A stretch of DNA of 63,617 nucleotides, the filler included, from Folioceros fuciformis (Eukaryota): the NCBI GenBank assembly GCA_049999805.1. It is 19 parts of 19 records of this genome, joined end to end, with 100 filler letters (N's around TTAATTAATTAA, not from the genome) between each part and the next. Parts side by side here need not be neighbours in the genome. Positions count along the whole stretch, not along the records: positions 11,081 to 14,131 come from JBNGIO010006540.1; positions 14,232 to 19,415 come from JBNGIO010006541.1; positions 19,516 to 22,531 come from JBNGIO010006542.1; 16 more parts are not named here. One strand, written 5' to 3'. The translations under genes were made by a program, and so were the position numbers. Positions 11,081 through 22,631 of this stretch are shown here, in pieces. The notes under the pieces were generated by a model. That model was given only the letters and a program-made list of their open reading frames with translations. It was not told the DNA's origin and ran no database searches. How positions within the stretch are numbered: the first letter of the stretch is position 1; each line of letters begins with the position of its first letter.

Positions 11081-14000
11081 GACAGGTTCAGGTCTTGGAG
11101 GTCGGTGATCTGTGCGATGCTGGCGGGGATAGAGCCCGAGAACTTGTTGTAAGACAGGTCCAGGATGTTCAGCCCCTTCAGATCACCCACAGACGGAGCG
11201 ATCGGTTCCCGTCAACCCATTTCGCGCCAGTACCAGGCCAGAGGTGGCGGACAAGGCGTATTGAATATCCCTGAGGAAGGCAAGTTTTCCACAACATAGT
11301 AGTCCAAGGAGTAGAGAAGGGCTCCGGCAGTGTAGGATGCTGCGCCGCCCGCGACTGCCAAGCCACTGAAGCCTTGCACCAGCTGCTGGAGTGGCAGATT
11401 ACCTCCGAGGTCGTTGCTGGCGAGGTCCAAAATTTTGATGCTGTCGCTCAAACTGCTCAAGGACGCCGGCACGCTGCCAGAGATGTTGTTGAAGCTCAAG
11501 TCCAGAACTTGAAGGCCCTGAGATGCACCTTCCGGAGTGAGGGGTTGTTCACACTGACGTCGAACAAAATTGACTGTTCGCACTTAGCTTTTTCAAATGG
11601 AAGAAAGGAGAAGAGGGCCTGGGGGAGATGGGTACCGTGAAGGAGGTGATGGCAACAGGAATCTGGCCGGTCAGAAAGTTCCCGCTCACATCGCAGACCA
11701 GCAGGGAAGAACAGGATGTGAAGTCCACTCCGCTAGGCAGAACGGACCCTGTGAGCTTGTTGTTTTCCAGAACGAGAGCCTGCAGACTCAAACAGGTAGC
11801 ACTGAAGTCGGGGATGGCACCTTCCAATTTGCTGTTTCCCAGATTCAGAACCTGCAAGGACTGGGCGTTTGTGAACAGGGAAGCAGGGATGGAGCCGCTG
11901 AGCAGATTGTTGGACAGGTCGATGTCGCCGAACGGACTGTTGCTGGCTGTAGTTGCGGGGATGGCTCCCGTCAGTTTGTTGTTGCTCAGAATGAAGAAGT
12001 TAATGGACTGGCTGCCGAAGGAGTCGGAGGGGGATGACACCGCTGAGCTGGTTGTCTGCGAAGTTGAGTCCGCGTAGAAATGGACCTCCCCCAAGGCCGA
12101 CGGGGATGGAGCCTGTGAATTGATTCTGGTGCAGATCCAGGTAGGAGAGTGGAAAGATTTGAGTAAAAGCCTGGGGAATCGTCCCTTTCAATGCATTCAC
12201 CGAGGCGTTAAAGTAGCTCGTGGACATCCGGGTGCCGTCGAATGCAGGCAGCTGAGTGAGGTGGTTGTCGGATATGTCGATGGTGAAGGAGTTCATCTGG
12301 AACACCCATGCAGGCACAGGACCTGCGAGAGCCGGGAACTATATCATCACACTATGTCCTCAGGTCAAGCGATGCATGCGTTTCCTTTAAGTTTCCAAAA
12401 GCAAGAAGCCTGACAGACAAAGAAACCGGCAGACCATTTGACTCGTGCTTGACAACACACCTGTCAACTGGTTGGAGTGCACATCAAAGTCCTCCACACC
12501 CACTCCTGTGACGCCGCCACCAGGAATGCTCTCAGTGTCCAAGCTGGTGAGCTTGTTGTTGCTGAGTGTGAGATGTCTGAACCCCCATAGTGACTTCGGG
12601 TTCAGGGCTCCCGTGAGCTGGTTGTAGGACAGGTCAAGGTAGCGGTCAGCTTCGGAGATAGCGAACCCGAGGTCTTGCGGAATGTCACCAGTCAGCTGGT
12701 TTTGGGACACGTTCAGCAGGGCCAGGTGCAGCTGGGACAGCGAGGGAGGAATTGCTCCTGCGTTAAACCCATTTTGGTATCCAACTTTCTTGTAAGCTTT
12801 CAGCAAGTTGCGGGAAAACAAAAAGATGACGGGCAGATAGATGTGATGCAATGTCCTTGACTTGCGATACCTGTGAGGTCATTGTTGCCGGCGGCAAAGG
12901 TGAGCAGCGGCTTGCCAGCGCCTCCAAGAGATGCAGGAATGGGTCCGCTCAATTTGTTGTTATCCAAGGCGAGGTTGACAAGAAGTCCGCTTGCTCCCAG
13001 AGTAGATGGAATAGGTCCAGTGAGCTGGTTGTCGCTAAGCAACAGATCTGTCACCAGCAACCTGGTGAAAGACGAGGGAATGCTGCCGGAGAAGGATGCT
13101 CCTCGGAGAACCAGCACCTGAACGTCCGGGAAAGACAAAGGAAAGGAATTCATGCCCTCCATCAGGATACTCCTCCCATGGGACAATCCAAGAGACATCA
13201 ACTCCAGCACAGTCTGCAATGCTAGTGATGATGAGATGGCACAATGTAGAAAGAAGGAGAAGATAGTACCTGCAATTTGGGAAGCAATCCGAGAGAGGCA
13301 GGGATGGGTCCTCCCAGCGGGCTCCTTCGGAACAACCCGTCGATATCATACAAGCCTCCGATCCGCAATTCCTTGAGGGAAACAAGGTTCCCGAACGACG
13401 CAGGGATGGAGCCGGTGAAGTTGTTCCCCTCCAAGTAGAGTTTCTCCAACAACGGAAGCTCCCCAGGGTTGATGAGCGGAAGAGCGCCGGTGAGCCCGGC
13501 ATTGGTCAGCGTCAATGCGTCGATGTTGAAGGGCCCGGTGAGCAGCAACTCCCGAAGGTTCTTGAGCTGCTTCAGCCCGGCGGGAATCCTCCCGTTGAAG
13601 CCGGTGGACTGCAAGTCAAGCACCTGGAGCTGCGTGAACTGCGCGAAGCAGGCCGGGATGGCGCTGGCCTTACTGCCGTCTCCAAACCCGATGCCGGATA
13701 GGTCCAGCGTCTGCAGGTTCCTGAGCTTGCACAGGGACTGCGGCAGCGGGAGCGAGATGTAGGAGCTCCCTTCGAACGACAAATGCTGTAAGGACGCTAT
13801 GTTCCCAATGTCGGCCGAGACGGGCCCCTTGAGATCGGCTTCTATCAACGACAGCACCTGGAGGGTCTTGATGGCGCTCAGGCCCGTCGGGGTGACGTCG
13901 TGCAGCAGGAAATTGGTGAGATTGAGCACCCGCAGCGCCAGGAGATTCTTCAGCGTGGTGCCTACCAGGTTGGCCGAATTCGGGTTCCCGTACTTGCTAT

Positions 14001-14131
14001 GCACGCTGCCGCAGAGCTCCTCGTCGCACTCTTCGTCGATCACCGCCTGGAATGTCACATTCACCACCTGCCCCGTGTCGTCGCAGGTGACCCCCTCGAA
14101 TGAGCAGCAGTTCCCGCTGCTGTTCCATGTC
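11081..14131 (-). pseudogene. Extracellular plant LRR protein (PGIP/RLP-like), gene body with introns
   Basis: Many LxxLxLxxNxLxGxIP repeats. GT-AG introns near 13269-13119, 12870-12760, 12460-12323 and 11635-11575. Frameshifts near 12030, 11530 and 11205-11240. Confidence 0.85.
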
Positions 14132-14231
14132 NNNNNNNNNNNNNNNNNNNNNNNNNNNNNNNNNNNNNNNNNNNNTTAATTAATTAANNNNNNNNNNNNN
14201 NNNNNNNNNNNNNNNNNNNNNNNNNNNNNNN

Positions 14232-14427
14232 AGGTGACCCCCTCGAATGAGCAGCAGTTCCCGCTGCTGTTCCATGTCGCCAGCTGCCCGCCGGTGTCCA
14301 GCAGCCCGGCCTTGAAAGCCAGCAACGCGTTCTTGTCCCGCTGCACACACACCGGGGTGGCTGCGGTACCGCCCACCAAAAGGAGCAGTAGCAGGAGCGT
14401 CACTCTCTGGAATGAAACAAGCCCCAT
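14232..14427 (-). CDS. N-terminus of the LRR gene (signal peptide and LRR N-cap)
   Basis: MGLVSFQRVTLLLLLLLVGGTAA-TPVCVQRDKNALLAFKAGL..WNSSGNCCSFEGVT; joins 14131 through an exact 47-nt overlap. Confidence 0.9.
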
Positions 14428-15267
14428 CGCGTTAGGCTTTGGACCGTTACCGCCCACGAACACCTCTCCGGGAGTCCTGAACGGATCGAAATGGGCGGGG
14501 ATGAAAGGTGGGGCGGAGAGTGGGGATGGGAGCACTGATCGGATGAGATGGAGAATGCGCTGGGCACCCTGAGCTGAGATGTGGAGTTGCCTGCTATATA
14601 CCCGGGGTGGAAGCTTCAAAGGAAGGACCCACCACCAGATGAGACCTCTGTGGTGCCGTGGTATGCGTTGTCCGGATTCAGCTGCTATCTGGGACCGCTC
14701 TGTGGCCGGAAGCCCGGCGCCGGGTTCGGGTCAAGAGGGAAGGCCACTGGACAGTGCCGCAGTTGAGTCCCGCCCACAACCCACGCCAGGACACCACCAC
14801 AGCGTCGTATGGACCACCTTTGCCCTTCCATTCTAGGCTGGCAGGTCCTGGTAACTTTGACTGAAAGGAGTTCTTCTCGGGATCCTGGCAGGGCACATCT
14901 CCAGCTATAGCAAGCGTGTTATTAGGATAAGTGCTAGTGGATAGTGGAGAGGCAAGCGTGCCGGTCTCCTCTTGACTACTGGGTAGCCATTTCATGAAAG
15001 AGCAACGGCCGTCCATGGATGAGCACCAGGGGTGGACAGCGCATCACCTGCATCTGATTTCCTTTCCGTCAGTAGAACTTTCTGGGGGATACAAGCAGCC
15101 TAAAGCTCTCGGAGCACCGACAACGCACCTACTGTACCTGTCTACCCAACACGAGGATGGGACTCGACTTTCATGCCCCACCACGTCCACCTGTGCAGTA
15201 TTATCTTTTGACTGCAGCCTGTCTTCCACTATCCTTGGGCTGCCGATGTCCTGTACCAGCCCTTCCC

Positions 15268-15460
15268 AATCTTGTAGCTTCCTGTTGCGACATGCCCAGC
15301 TCGTAGCATCCTGTTGCAGCTCACACGCCAACTCCATCCCGTTGCTGCAAGATCTTGTAGCTTTCCTGTTGCGATATGCCCATCCAGTAGCACCCTTTTG
15401 CATCCCATCCTCATTTTCCACTCACCCTGTGGCTGCAAGAGCTTGTAACTCCCTGTTGCT
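15268..15460 (+). repeat. Degenerate 30/60-bp tandem repeat
   Basis: Recurring CTTGTAGCTTCCTGTTGCGA.ATGCCCA / GTAGCA.CC.TGTTGCA. Confidence 0.7.
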
Positions 15461-17984
15461 TCCAAGTTCCCACCCTTGAAAAAATGCAATACTGCTTTCC
15501 CTATAGTACTGTATCCTGTGAAGATGATGAGCGTCCCGGACCCCACGCCCAGGTGACTGGGCGCATCTTGTTTTTTTGTCCAAGCTGCCATGATTCCAAC
15601 ACGTTCACAAAACTGTGGTGTCACCAGAAGCAGCCAAAGCATACACGTCACCACATATTTTCTAACACGAGAGCTGTGCTGTACCGCAGAAAAGCAGACA
15701 CGTGACCGCAAAGCTCTCCGATGAGAGCAAGTTCCTCAAACAATCTGCAACGCGCCGCACTTTGCGAAAGTCCATCCACCGTTACAGCAAGGACGAAAAG
15801 ACATGACCGTAACGAAGGTCACAAAGCAGATCGAGGAACCTGTTTCTATACCATAGTGAGAGTCGAGAGTGAGGTCGGATCCGCCGCATCATTCCGATGC
15901 ATCGTCCCGGGTGCCGGTGCTCCCCACCTGCTACCGGGAGCGTGATGGTACATCCTGTGTATATCCTGCTGGAGGCTTATCGGGAGCTAGTGACACAGGG
16001 TAGCCTTGATGTTCGTCTGGGGCCATCTTTTGGGAGCAAGCGTTGAATTCACATCAGCTACGGAGATCAACTTACCAGGCTGGAACAAGCAAGGGAAAGC
16101 ATCCAAATCGGGCACAAGCTGTTGTCGGAGATTCTGGCTGGCCTCGAGATGACGTACGTGCTTTCCGTTCCGTGTTCCAGTGTGCGGAATAACTGTCTCA
16201 AGGATTTGGAAACCCTAAACCTTATGCTGAACAAGACCGGTGACGCTCGGCGGACCCTGACATCGATTGAGACTTCCGATTGATCCTCGAGAGTAGAGCA
16301 CCCCGGAGACTTTTGGATGTGGGGAACCTTTTCTGACCACTGTTTGTTACGGGGGAGGGCTGAATCATGCGCAAGCCTGTCGATCCTTGTGCTAAAGGGA
16401 CAAGGATCGATTGATTCAGACGGGCATCAGGGAAGGGCACCAGATCATCAAGGTACCAGGATAGTTGTGTAATGGTGACGAGTTTGAGTTTAAATGCATC
16501 TGTAGGTGTTAATTTTGTGGTTTGTTCCTTTTAGAGTTGCTGATGTAGATTCTGACACAGTTGTCAAGATAGAGTACGTATCCTATGCCATCGACTCAAA
16601 AGAAGGCAAGAAAAATACTTCATCTAGGCAATTTGTCAGCACCCACGACAGTAGCTTTGCAAGGAGAAACCAAAAATGAGAACTTGCAGATGCTATCGAC
16701 GTCTGGAAGTGCAGATGAAAGAGATCGCTTATGGGAGGAATGGTCTCTAGTGTAACTGGTTTTCTTCCTGGCTGCTGTTAGAACCTCCATGCAGCGAAGC
16801 AAGTTCCCACGGAACAGGTATATCTTGATCGTTTAATGGGCATTGTTTTTTTCACACTGGCACGGACGGCTTATTCGAGGCTCTCTCGTTGGCCACATTT
16901 GTGGGGAACAGTTCGTGTGTGAAATGCAATCATTGCAGCTGAACCTGTGGGAGAGCTTTGCGCACTGCAACCGTACAGTCAAGCGGCACCTCGTTGTTGA
17001 GGCTCTGTCCCAGGGTATTGGTTGAGGGTCTTTCCAGGGTATTAAGGTGCCCATTACGAAAAGGCCCGGCTGTGCTATATCCGTGAGAGGAACAAGCAAT
17101 TTCTCTGGGTTGACCAGTGCATCTGAGTGTGTCAAAATTCTCTTCAATGCCTTGTCATGCTTCCCCTGCGACTGCCAAAGTTGTTTATCCAGGGTAGCCT
17201 GGCAAAGGTAGGCCATGACACCCATGAATCAGTTCTTGTATAAATTGCCACACAGCAATGTACCCTCCATGTCTGTCTATGTCCGTGATGGTTAGCTTTT
17301 TACAGCGAGCCATGCCAATGATGCAGGGTTGGCGGGCATGAAGCCATGCCGGAAGTGAAAAACACTGAGATGGTTTTGACACAAGGCAGTGATCCCGTCC
17401 TTGCTCTAACTGCCACGAATGGGCCATTTACGGATTTGGCACCAACGGTAAAGGTCTTGAACCCCCTACTGTTTAGAGGATCCTGGGATGTGATCAGTCT
17501 GGTGCTCTTGTTCTGCAACATTATGGTCAGTATACATACATGTTATATGCAGAGCAGAGAGAGAGTTATACGAGCCGGTGCTTGAGCTGGTTTTGGTAGT
17601 TCTGCCACCGGATGCAGTAGCATGCAGGCACTTCGGGAATGGAATGAGTTGTATGGTGTCAGTGTTAAACAGTGAAAGACCCTTCGCAGCCTATGACGCA
17701 GAAATGCACACTACTGTACAAGTTATGGTGTTGGTGTTAGATGGTTAAAGACCCCTCACAGCCTCGTCTATTGGAAATGCATACTAGTGCACAGACTAAG
17801 GTATTGGTGTTCGACGGTTTTCACATCAAATGTTGTTGACTATGCACAAATACCGTGGTACATATATAGCCTTTTGTTTGCGAACTTTGCATGTCAATCC
17901 CTTTGCGGCCTCTCCTGACCAGTCCGTGAAAACGGGGTCAAGGGATAACTCTGGCTTCATGAAAAGGACGACGACAAAGTCCCT

Positions 17985-18049
17985 GCACCATTTCTAACCC
18001 GCCGTGGCACGCATCGTAGATGCATGCCACAGCGGGTTAGAAATAGTGC
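17985..18049. repeat. Inverted repeat, 31-bp arms with 3-nt loop
   Basis: GCACCATTTCTAACCCGCCGTGGCACGCATC-GTA-GATGCATGCCACAGCGGGTTAGAAATAGTGC; 3 mismatches. Confidence 0.9.
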
Positions 18050-18311
18050 TGGTCATCTTTTCTTTCATACCGCTATCCCTTGGCTTCATAACATCCTGCT
18101 TCCGTACAGAAATGATATGAGCAATTCAGATTCGTCCCACCTTTTTCTTGTGTTATCTTCGTCTATGAGTGATGAATCACCTTGATTTGAAGCTTGAACC
18201 CTAGACCTTTTCTTGCCCTCAGCACGGTTGGGATTCACAAACAGGTTTTGAGGACCTTGGCTTTCCAGCTCAGTCTGAAATTGTGGCGTTCAAGCTGCGG
18301 AATAGCTAGGA

Positions 18312-18799
18312 ATTTGGAAGTGTGCTGCTACATTATCCCCGGTGTGGGTTTTTTGGAAGTGTGCTGCTACATTATCCCCGGTGTGGGTTTGAAGGAGCAA
18401 AGGACTTGCTCCCTTGCTCATGCTCAAACCTGGAGCTACACCATAAGATAAATGTTGAGATTGATACACGTTTCTGTTAGCAATGTCTTCACAGTTTGTA
18501 GCATGCTTCACACTTGATAGCAATGTCTTCACAGTTTGTAGCATGCTTCACACTTGATACCTACGAGATATGCTTGGCACATTGAATCTAATTGGAGGTC
18601 TTGCTGAAGTCGATAGTAGAACAAAAGAGTCTATTTGGACAATGCATACGGGAGTCCATTTGGACAATGTATACGGGCCCTGTCCTCAACGCTAGAACGA
18701 TTCATGTAAAGAGGGCAACTTGCAGCGGTCATGGAAATGGTAAAAAAATGGGCGATTCCTTGTCCCCATGACAAAAAAACGGGCGATTCCTTGTCCCAT
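18312..18799 (+). repeat. Cluster of four short two-copy tandem duplications
   Basis: 39 bp near 18312-18390, 40 bp near 18478-18558, about 25 bp near 18634-18677, about 31 bp near 18742-18799. Confidence 0.9.
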
Positions 18800-19256
18800 A
18801 TGACATCCAACTTGGATTGTAGATAACGTCGTTCCGTTATTTCAGACTACACCGGTTATCTCTGGGTCGAGAAATCCAAGTGTACCTAAAAATAAACCCG
18901 GCCAAAACCTCCGACGCAGAGTGCTCAGCCCGGCCGTAAACCATTAATGTTCATTGTCTTTTGTACAACGTGGCTAGAAATCCTCCGGGTACGGATCCTA
19001 CACCGTACCGCACTCCCGCACCACCTCGCTTCTGAACAGCATTAGCACTGTACACCACTGCCTCCCGCCGCGGACAAGAAATAGCAGGTGCCTGGCACAG
19101 CGCCTCCATCTTCCTCACACCGACACCATATGGCTTTGGACAAAGTTTGCCGACTCTGTCTTCGGTTGCAGTCTACTCCAAATGCAAATCCTTCAGCACT
19201 CTTACCCACAGGAAACAGAGATGGCTACAATAGCTATTCACCACGCCTATGGGGAC

Positions 19257-19415
19257 CTAGGAGCATTTCTTGGGCAGAGGAGCGCCACACAGGCCGGAGT
19301 TCCCAGCGAAATCAGCGGCCGGGAACTTGCTAAGTTGCGAGGGCATGTGGCCTGTCAACAGGTTGTAGGACAGGTTCAGGTCTTGGAGGTCGGTGATCTG
19401 TGCGATGCTGGCGGG
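19257..19415 (-). CDS. C-terminus of the LRR gene
   Basis: ..DLQDLNLSYNLLTGHMPSQLSKFPAADFAGNSGLCGAPLPKKCS-stop. C-cap with no transmembrane or kinase domain; continues from 11081 through a 47-nt overlap. Confidence 0.9.
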   Translation of the reverse strand, partial: PASIAQITDLQDLNLSYNLLTGHMPSQLSKFPAADFAGNSGLCGAPLPKKCS

Positions 19416-19515
19416 NNNNNNNNNNNNNNNNNNNNNNNNNNNNNNNNNNNNNNNNNNNNTTAATTAATTAANNNNNNNNNNNNNNNNNNNNNNNNNNNNN
19501 NNNNNNNNNNNNNNN

Positions 19516-20649
19516 CCCATGATTTGCATACCCAGCAATCAGGGACGTCCATGTCACCACATCCTTCGTGGCCAAGCTGTCAAAAACCCTGCATGCATCT
19601 TCAAGTTCGCCACATTTTGCATACATGTCCACCAGGCAGTTGCCAACAAACAAGTTCTGAGAAACACCACTGTGCAACACGTGATAGTGCACTTCTCTGC
19701 CAGATTCCAAATCCGCAGCCAAGGCACAAGCTTGCAGGGCTGCTACATACACATGAGCATCCGCCTTCACACCCGAGCGTCGCATCTGATGGTACAGTTG
19801 TATAGCGTCCCTAGGTTTCCCATGTTTAGCATGCGCAGATATTATGGAACACCACAAGAAGGCATTTGGTTTCTCCACTCTGGTGAACACATCCATCGCC
19901 TCCTCCAGTCTCCCTCCACACGCATACATGCGCACGATGTTGTTCCCCAAGTACGCACTTGACTCGTAGCCGAGTTTGACGGTGAGATGATGAACTCGAC
20001 GGCCCGCCACCAAATCTTTCTTACATGCACACAACTTCAGCACAGTATACAAGAGAGACTCCGAAACAAGACCATTTGCGTGAGCCAGACATTCCAGGGC
20101 TCCAACGGCCTCTGTAAGCTTCCCCTGCTGACATAACATGCTCACGGTTACAGCTGTTACTACGCCCATCTCGGATCCTGCACGCCTGCTACATTCCGGT
20201 GAGCTGAACTTCAAACGCGAGGCACCATATCTCATCTGCATATCCGAAGAAACGAGCTGATTATCCACCCAAGCCGGCTTAAACATGTTGTCTAACCAGA
20301 GGACCTCGCGGGCCCCCTTACGCGTGAAGTCAGGCGAACGAGAGCTCTTCTTACCTCGCCTGTTATCCCACCACATGGCAGGGTCCAGCAAGAATTGTCG
20401 CCACAAGACTTCCTTCTCCTGCTCCTGCCGCTGCTTCGGGCCCCGGACCTGGCGACCACAGTCGCTGGAAAATGCTTCCCCAGCCATCCAATTGCTCTGA
20501 AGTGCTGCGTTCCTGACACAGCCGCACCTGCACACCTGGTTGTTTGTCAGCCACTGAGTCCCTGAGTCGAGCTGAGCTCCTCGCAGAATCCCTCCACAAC
20601 CACCACTCCGTAGCGGACACAACGGCTCGGATTGCCAAACAGTGGCCAT
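19516..20649 (-). CDS. PLS-class PPR protein, N-terminal half (putative transit peptide, PDF-like motif, first PLS triplets)
   Basis: Open frame from ATG 20649 (true start uncertain). WWDNR..PDF..LWL..PAWV motif, then P-L-S repeats to the contig edge. Confidence 0.93.
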
Positions 20650-21002
20650 CTTCGACACGCCGCTCTCGGAAGATAGAGATCATAGAGCATGCCAGAAATC
20701 ACCCTTAGCAAATGCAGTGCACAACGTGTATCGATGGTCAAGTCACCAAAACGAGATCACTCGGTCCGACGATCACAACAGAGAGCATCGCGGTGCTTGG
20801 CATCGTTGTACTGAGAGCGTGAAGCATGAAGTGCGAGTGTGCACAGTTCGCTGTCTCGAGGATGGACTGGACGTCGATGGTACTCGAATTACTCCAGGGT
20901 AGTTCAACAGACGTCTTGTTGGAAGAAGACCTATTTTGTCAGATGATCAGCGGTGTTGCGTCGAGCATCCTCTGAGAACTGGCTGGCAGTCCATTTTCGC
21001 TC

Positions 21003-22531
21003 TCACGGTCGACCCTTACAACTACAACAACCAGCCGCGAATCGGTGGACACGATATCCATCCCTTACGACGATGTCTCTCTTTTCAACCCTTGACATTA
21101 TTTCGGTGGAGCTGTGGCAGTCGCTGCACATCCGTAAATTCTTGGTAACCACCAAAGGCGTGCCACTCGGAGTGTTCAAGAGACCAAAAGCCAAAGCCAG
21201 CTTCTCGGCATGCCCACAAAGTGCATCTTCCTTTTCCTTCTCAGGCACTCGCTTTAGCACCAACTTTGTGTGTGGTACGTGGCCCCCTTCCCGCTTCAGA
21301 CGTGCATTCATGCTATCAACCTCAGGCGCAATGTCCGATCTATTTTCTCCCACCAGAAATGTATGCAACTCATTATTCACCTCGATGCCCGCCACTGCAG
21401 GTTTTTTGTTAGCTCCAGCTAACATTCTCTGTGTTTCGACCCTCTCTGCATCAGTCCACATGCCAGCGTCTGCATAGGCGTGGGCCATCAGCACATAGGC
21501 GGATGCACCATCAGGGTCCAATTTAACCAGAGTTTCATAACACTGGGCCGCCCTCACTATGTCTCCATGATTTTTGCAGGCATTCAGCAATGACGTCAAA
21601 CCCACAACATTGTTGCGGCTCTCGCACGATAATAGCATGTTCTCCGCCTCATCTAAATGGCCTGCACGGCCAAGCAGATCAACCATGCTATTGTAATGGT
21701 CAATAGTGGGTTGAATGCCATGCTGTTCAACCATGGCATCAAAGTGCTTGCGTCCCTCATTTACCAGGCCCGCATGACTGCATGCTGCTAAAAGGCAAGT
21801 GAATGTGATATCATTAGGCTGAAAACCTCCGACCAACATCTCCTGGAAACAAGCCAGCGCGCTGTCACCTTCGTCAGCGGCACCATATCCAGCTATCAGG
21901 GCATTCCACGTCACCACATCCTTTGTGGTCAAGCTCTCAAAAACACAGCGTGCATCTTCCAGTTTGCCGCATTTCGCATACATGTCCACCAGGCAGTTGC
22001 CGATAATTATGTTACGCAGATGTCCTCTTTTTACAATCTGCGAGTGCAGCTGCCTGCCCTTTTGTAAGGCACCGGCACTTGCACAAGCCTTTAGTAGGCA
22101 AGCAAAAGTAACATCGTTTCCCACAATCTGGCCCTCCTGCTCCATTTGTTCATACAGAGCAAGCGCCTCTCGGCCCGAACCTTGCTGTGCATACCCCGCA
22201 ATGAGGGAATTCCATGTCACCACATCCTTTGTCGTCAAGAGATCAAAGACCCGGCGTGCGTCTTCCAATTCACCACACTTTGCATACATGTCCACAAGGC
22301 AATTGCCTATGAATATGTTATCTACCTGTCCCCTTTCCACAATTTGTGAGTGTAGCTGCCTTCCCTTCGTCAAGGCGCCCGTGCTTGCACAGGCGTTCAG
22401 AAGGCAAGCAAACGTGACATGGTTACCCACAACAAACCCCTCCTGCTCCATTTCTTCATACAGGACGAGCGCCTCTTGGCCAAACCCATGATTTGCATAC
22501 CCAGCAATCAGGGACGTCCATGTCACCACAT
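21003..22531 (-). CDS. PLS-E1-E2-DYW:KP (GRP-type) PPR protein, C-terminal half; candidate U-to-C editing factor
   Basis: KKPAVAGIEV in place of the PG box, HAEKLA..LRMCSDCH deaminase motif, terminus HRFAAGCCSCKGRP instead of DYW. Confidence 0.95.
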
Positions 22532-22631
22532 NNNNNNNNNNNNNNNNNNNNNNNNNNNNNNNNNNNNNNNNNNNNTTAATTAATTAANNNNNNNNNNNNN
22601 NNNNNNNNNNNNNNNNNNNNNNNNNNNNNNN

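Noticed and set aside
15480-17520. Coding-like minus-strand stretches in the LRR spacer
   Set aside because: Interrupted frames with no motif I can identify; may be a decayed gene or transposon but cannot be supported without a translated search.
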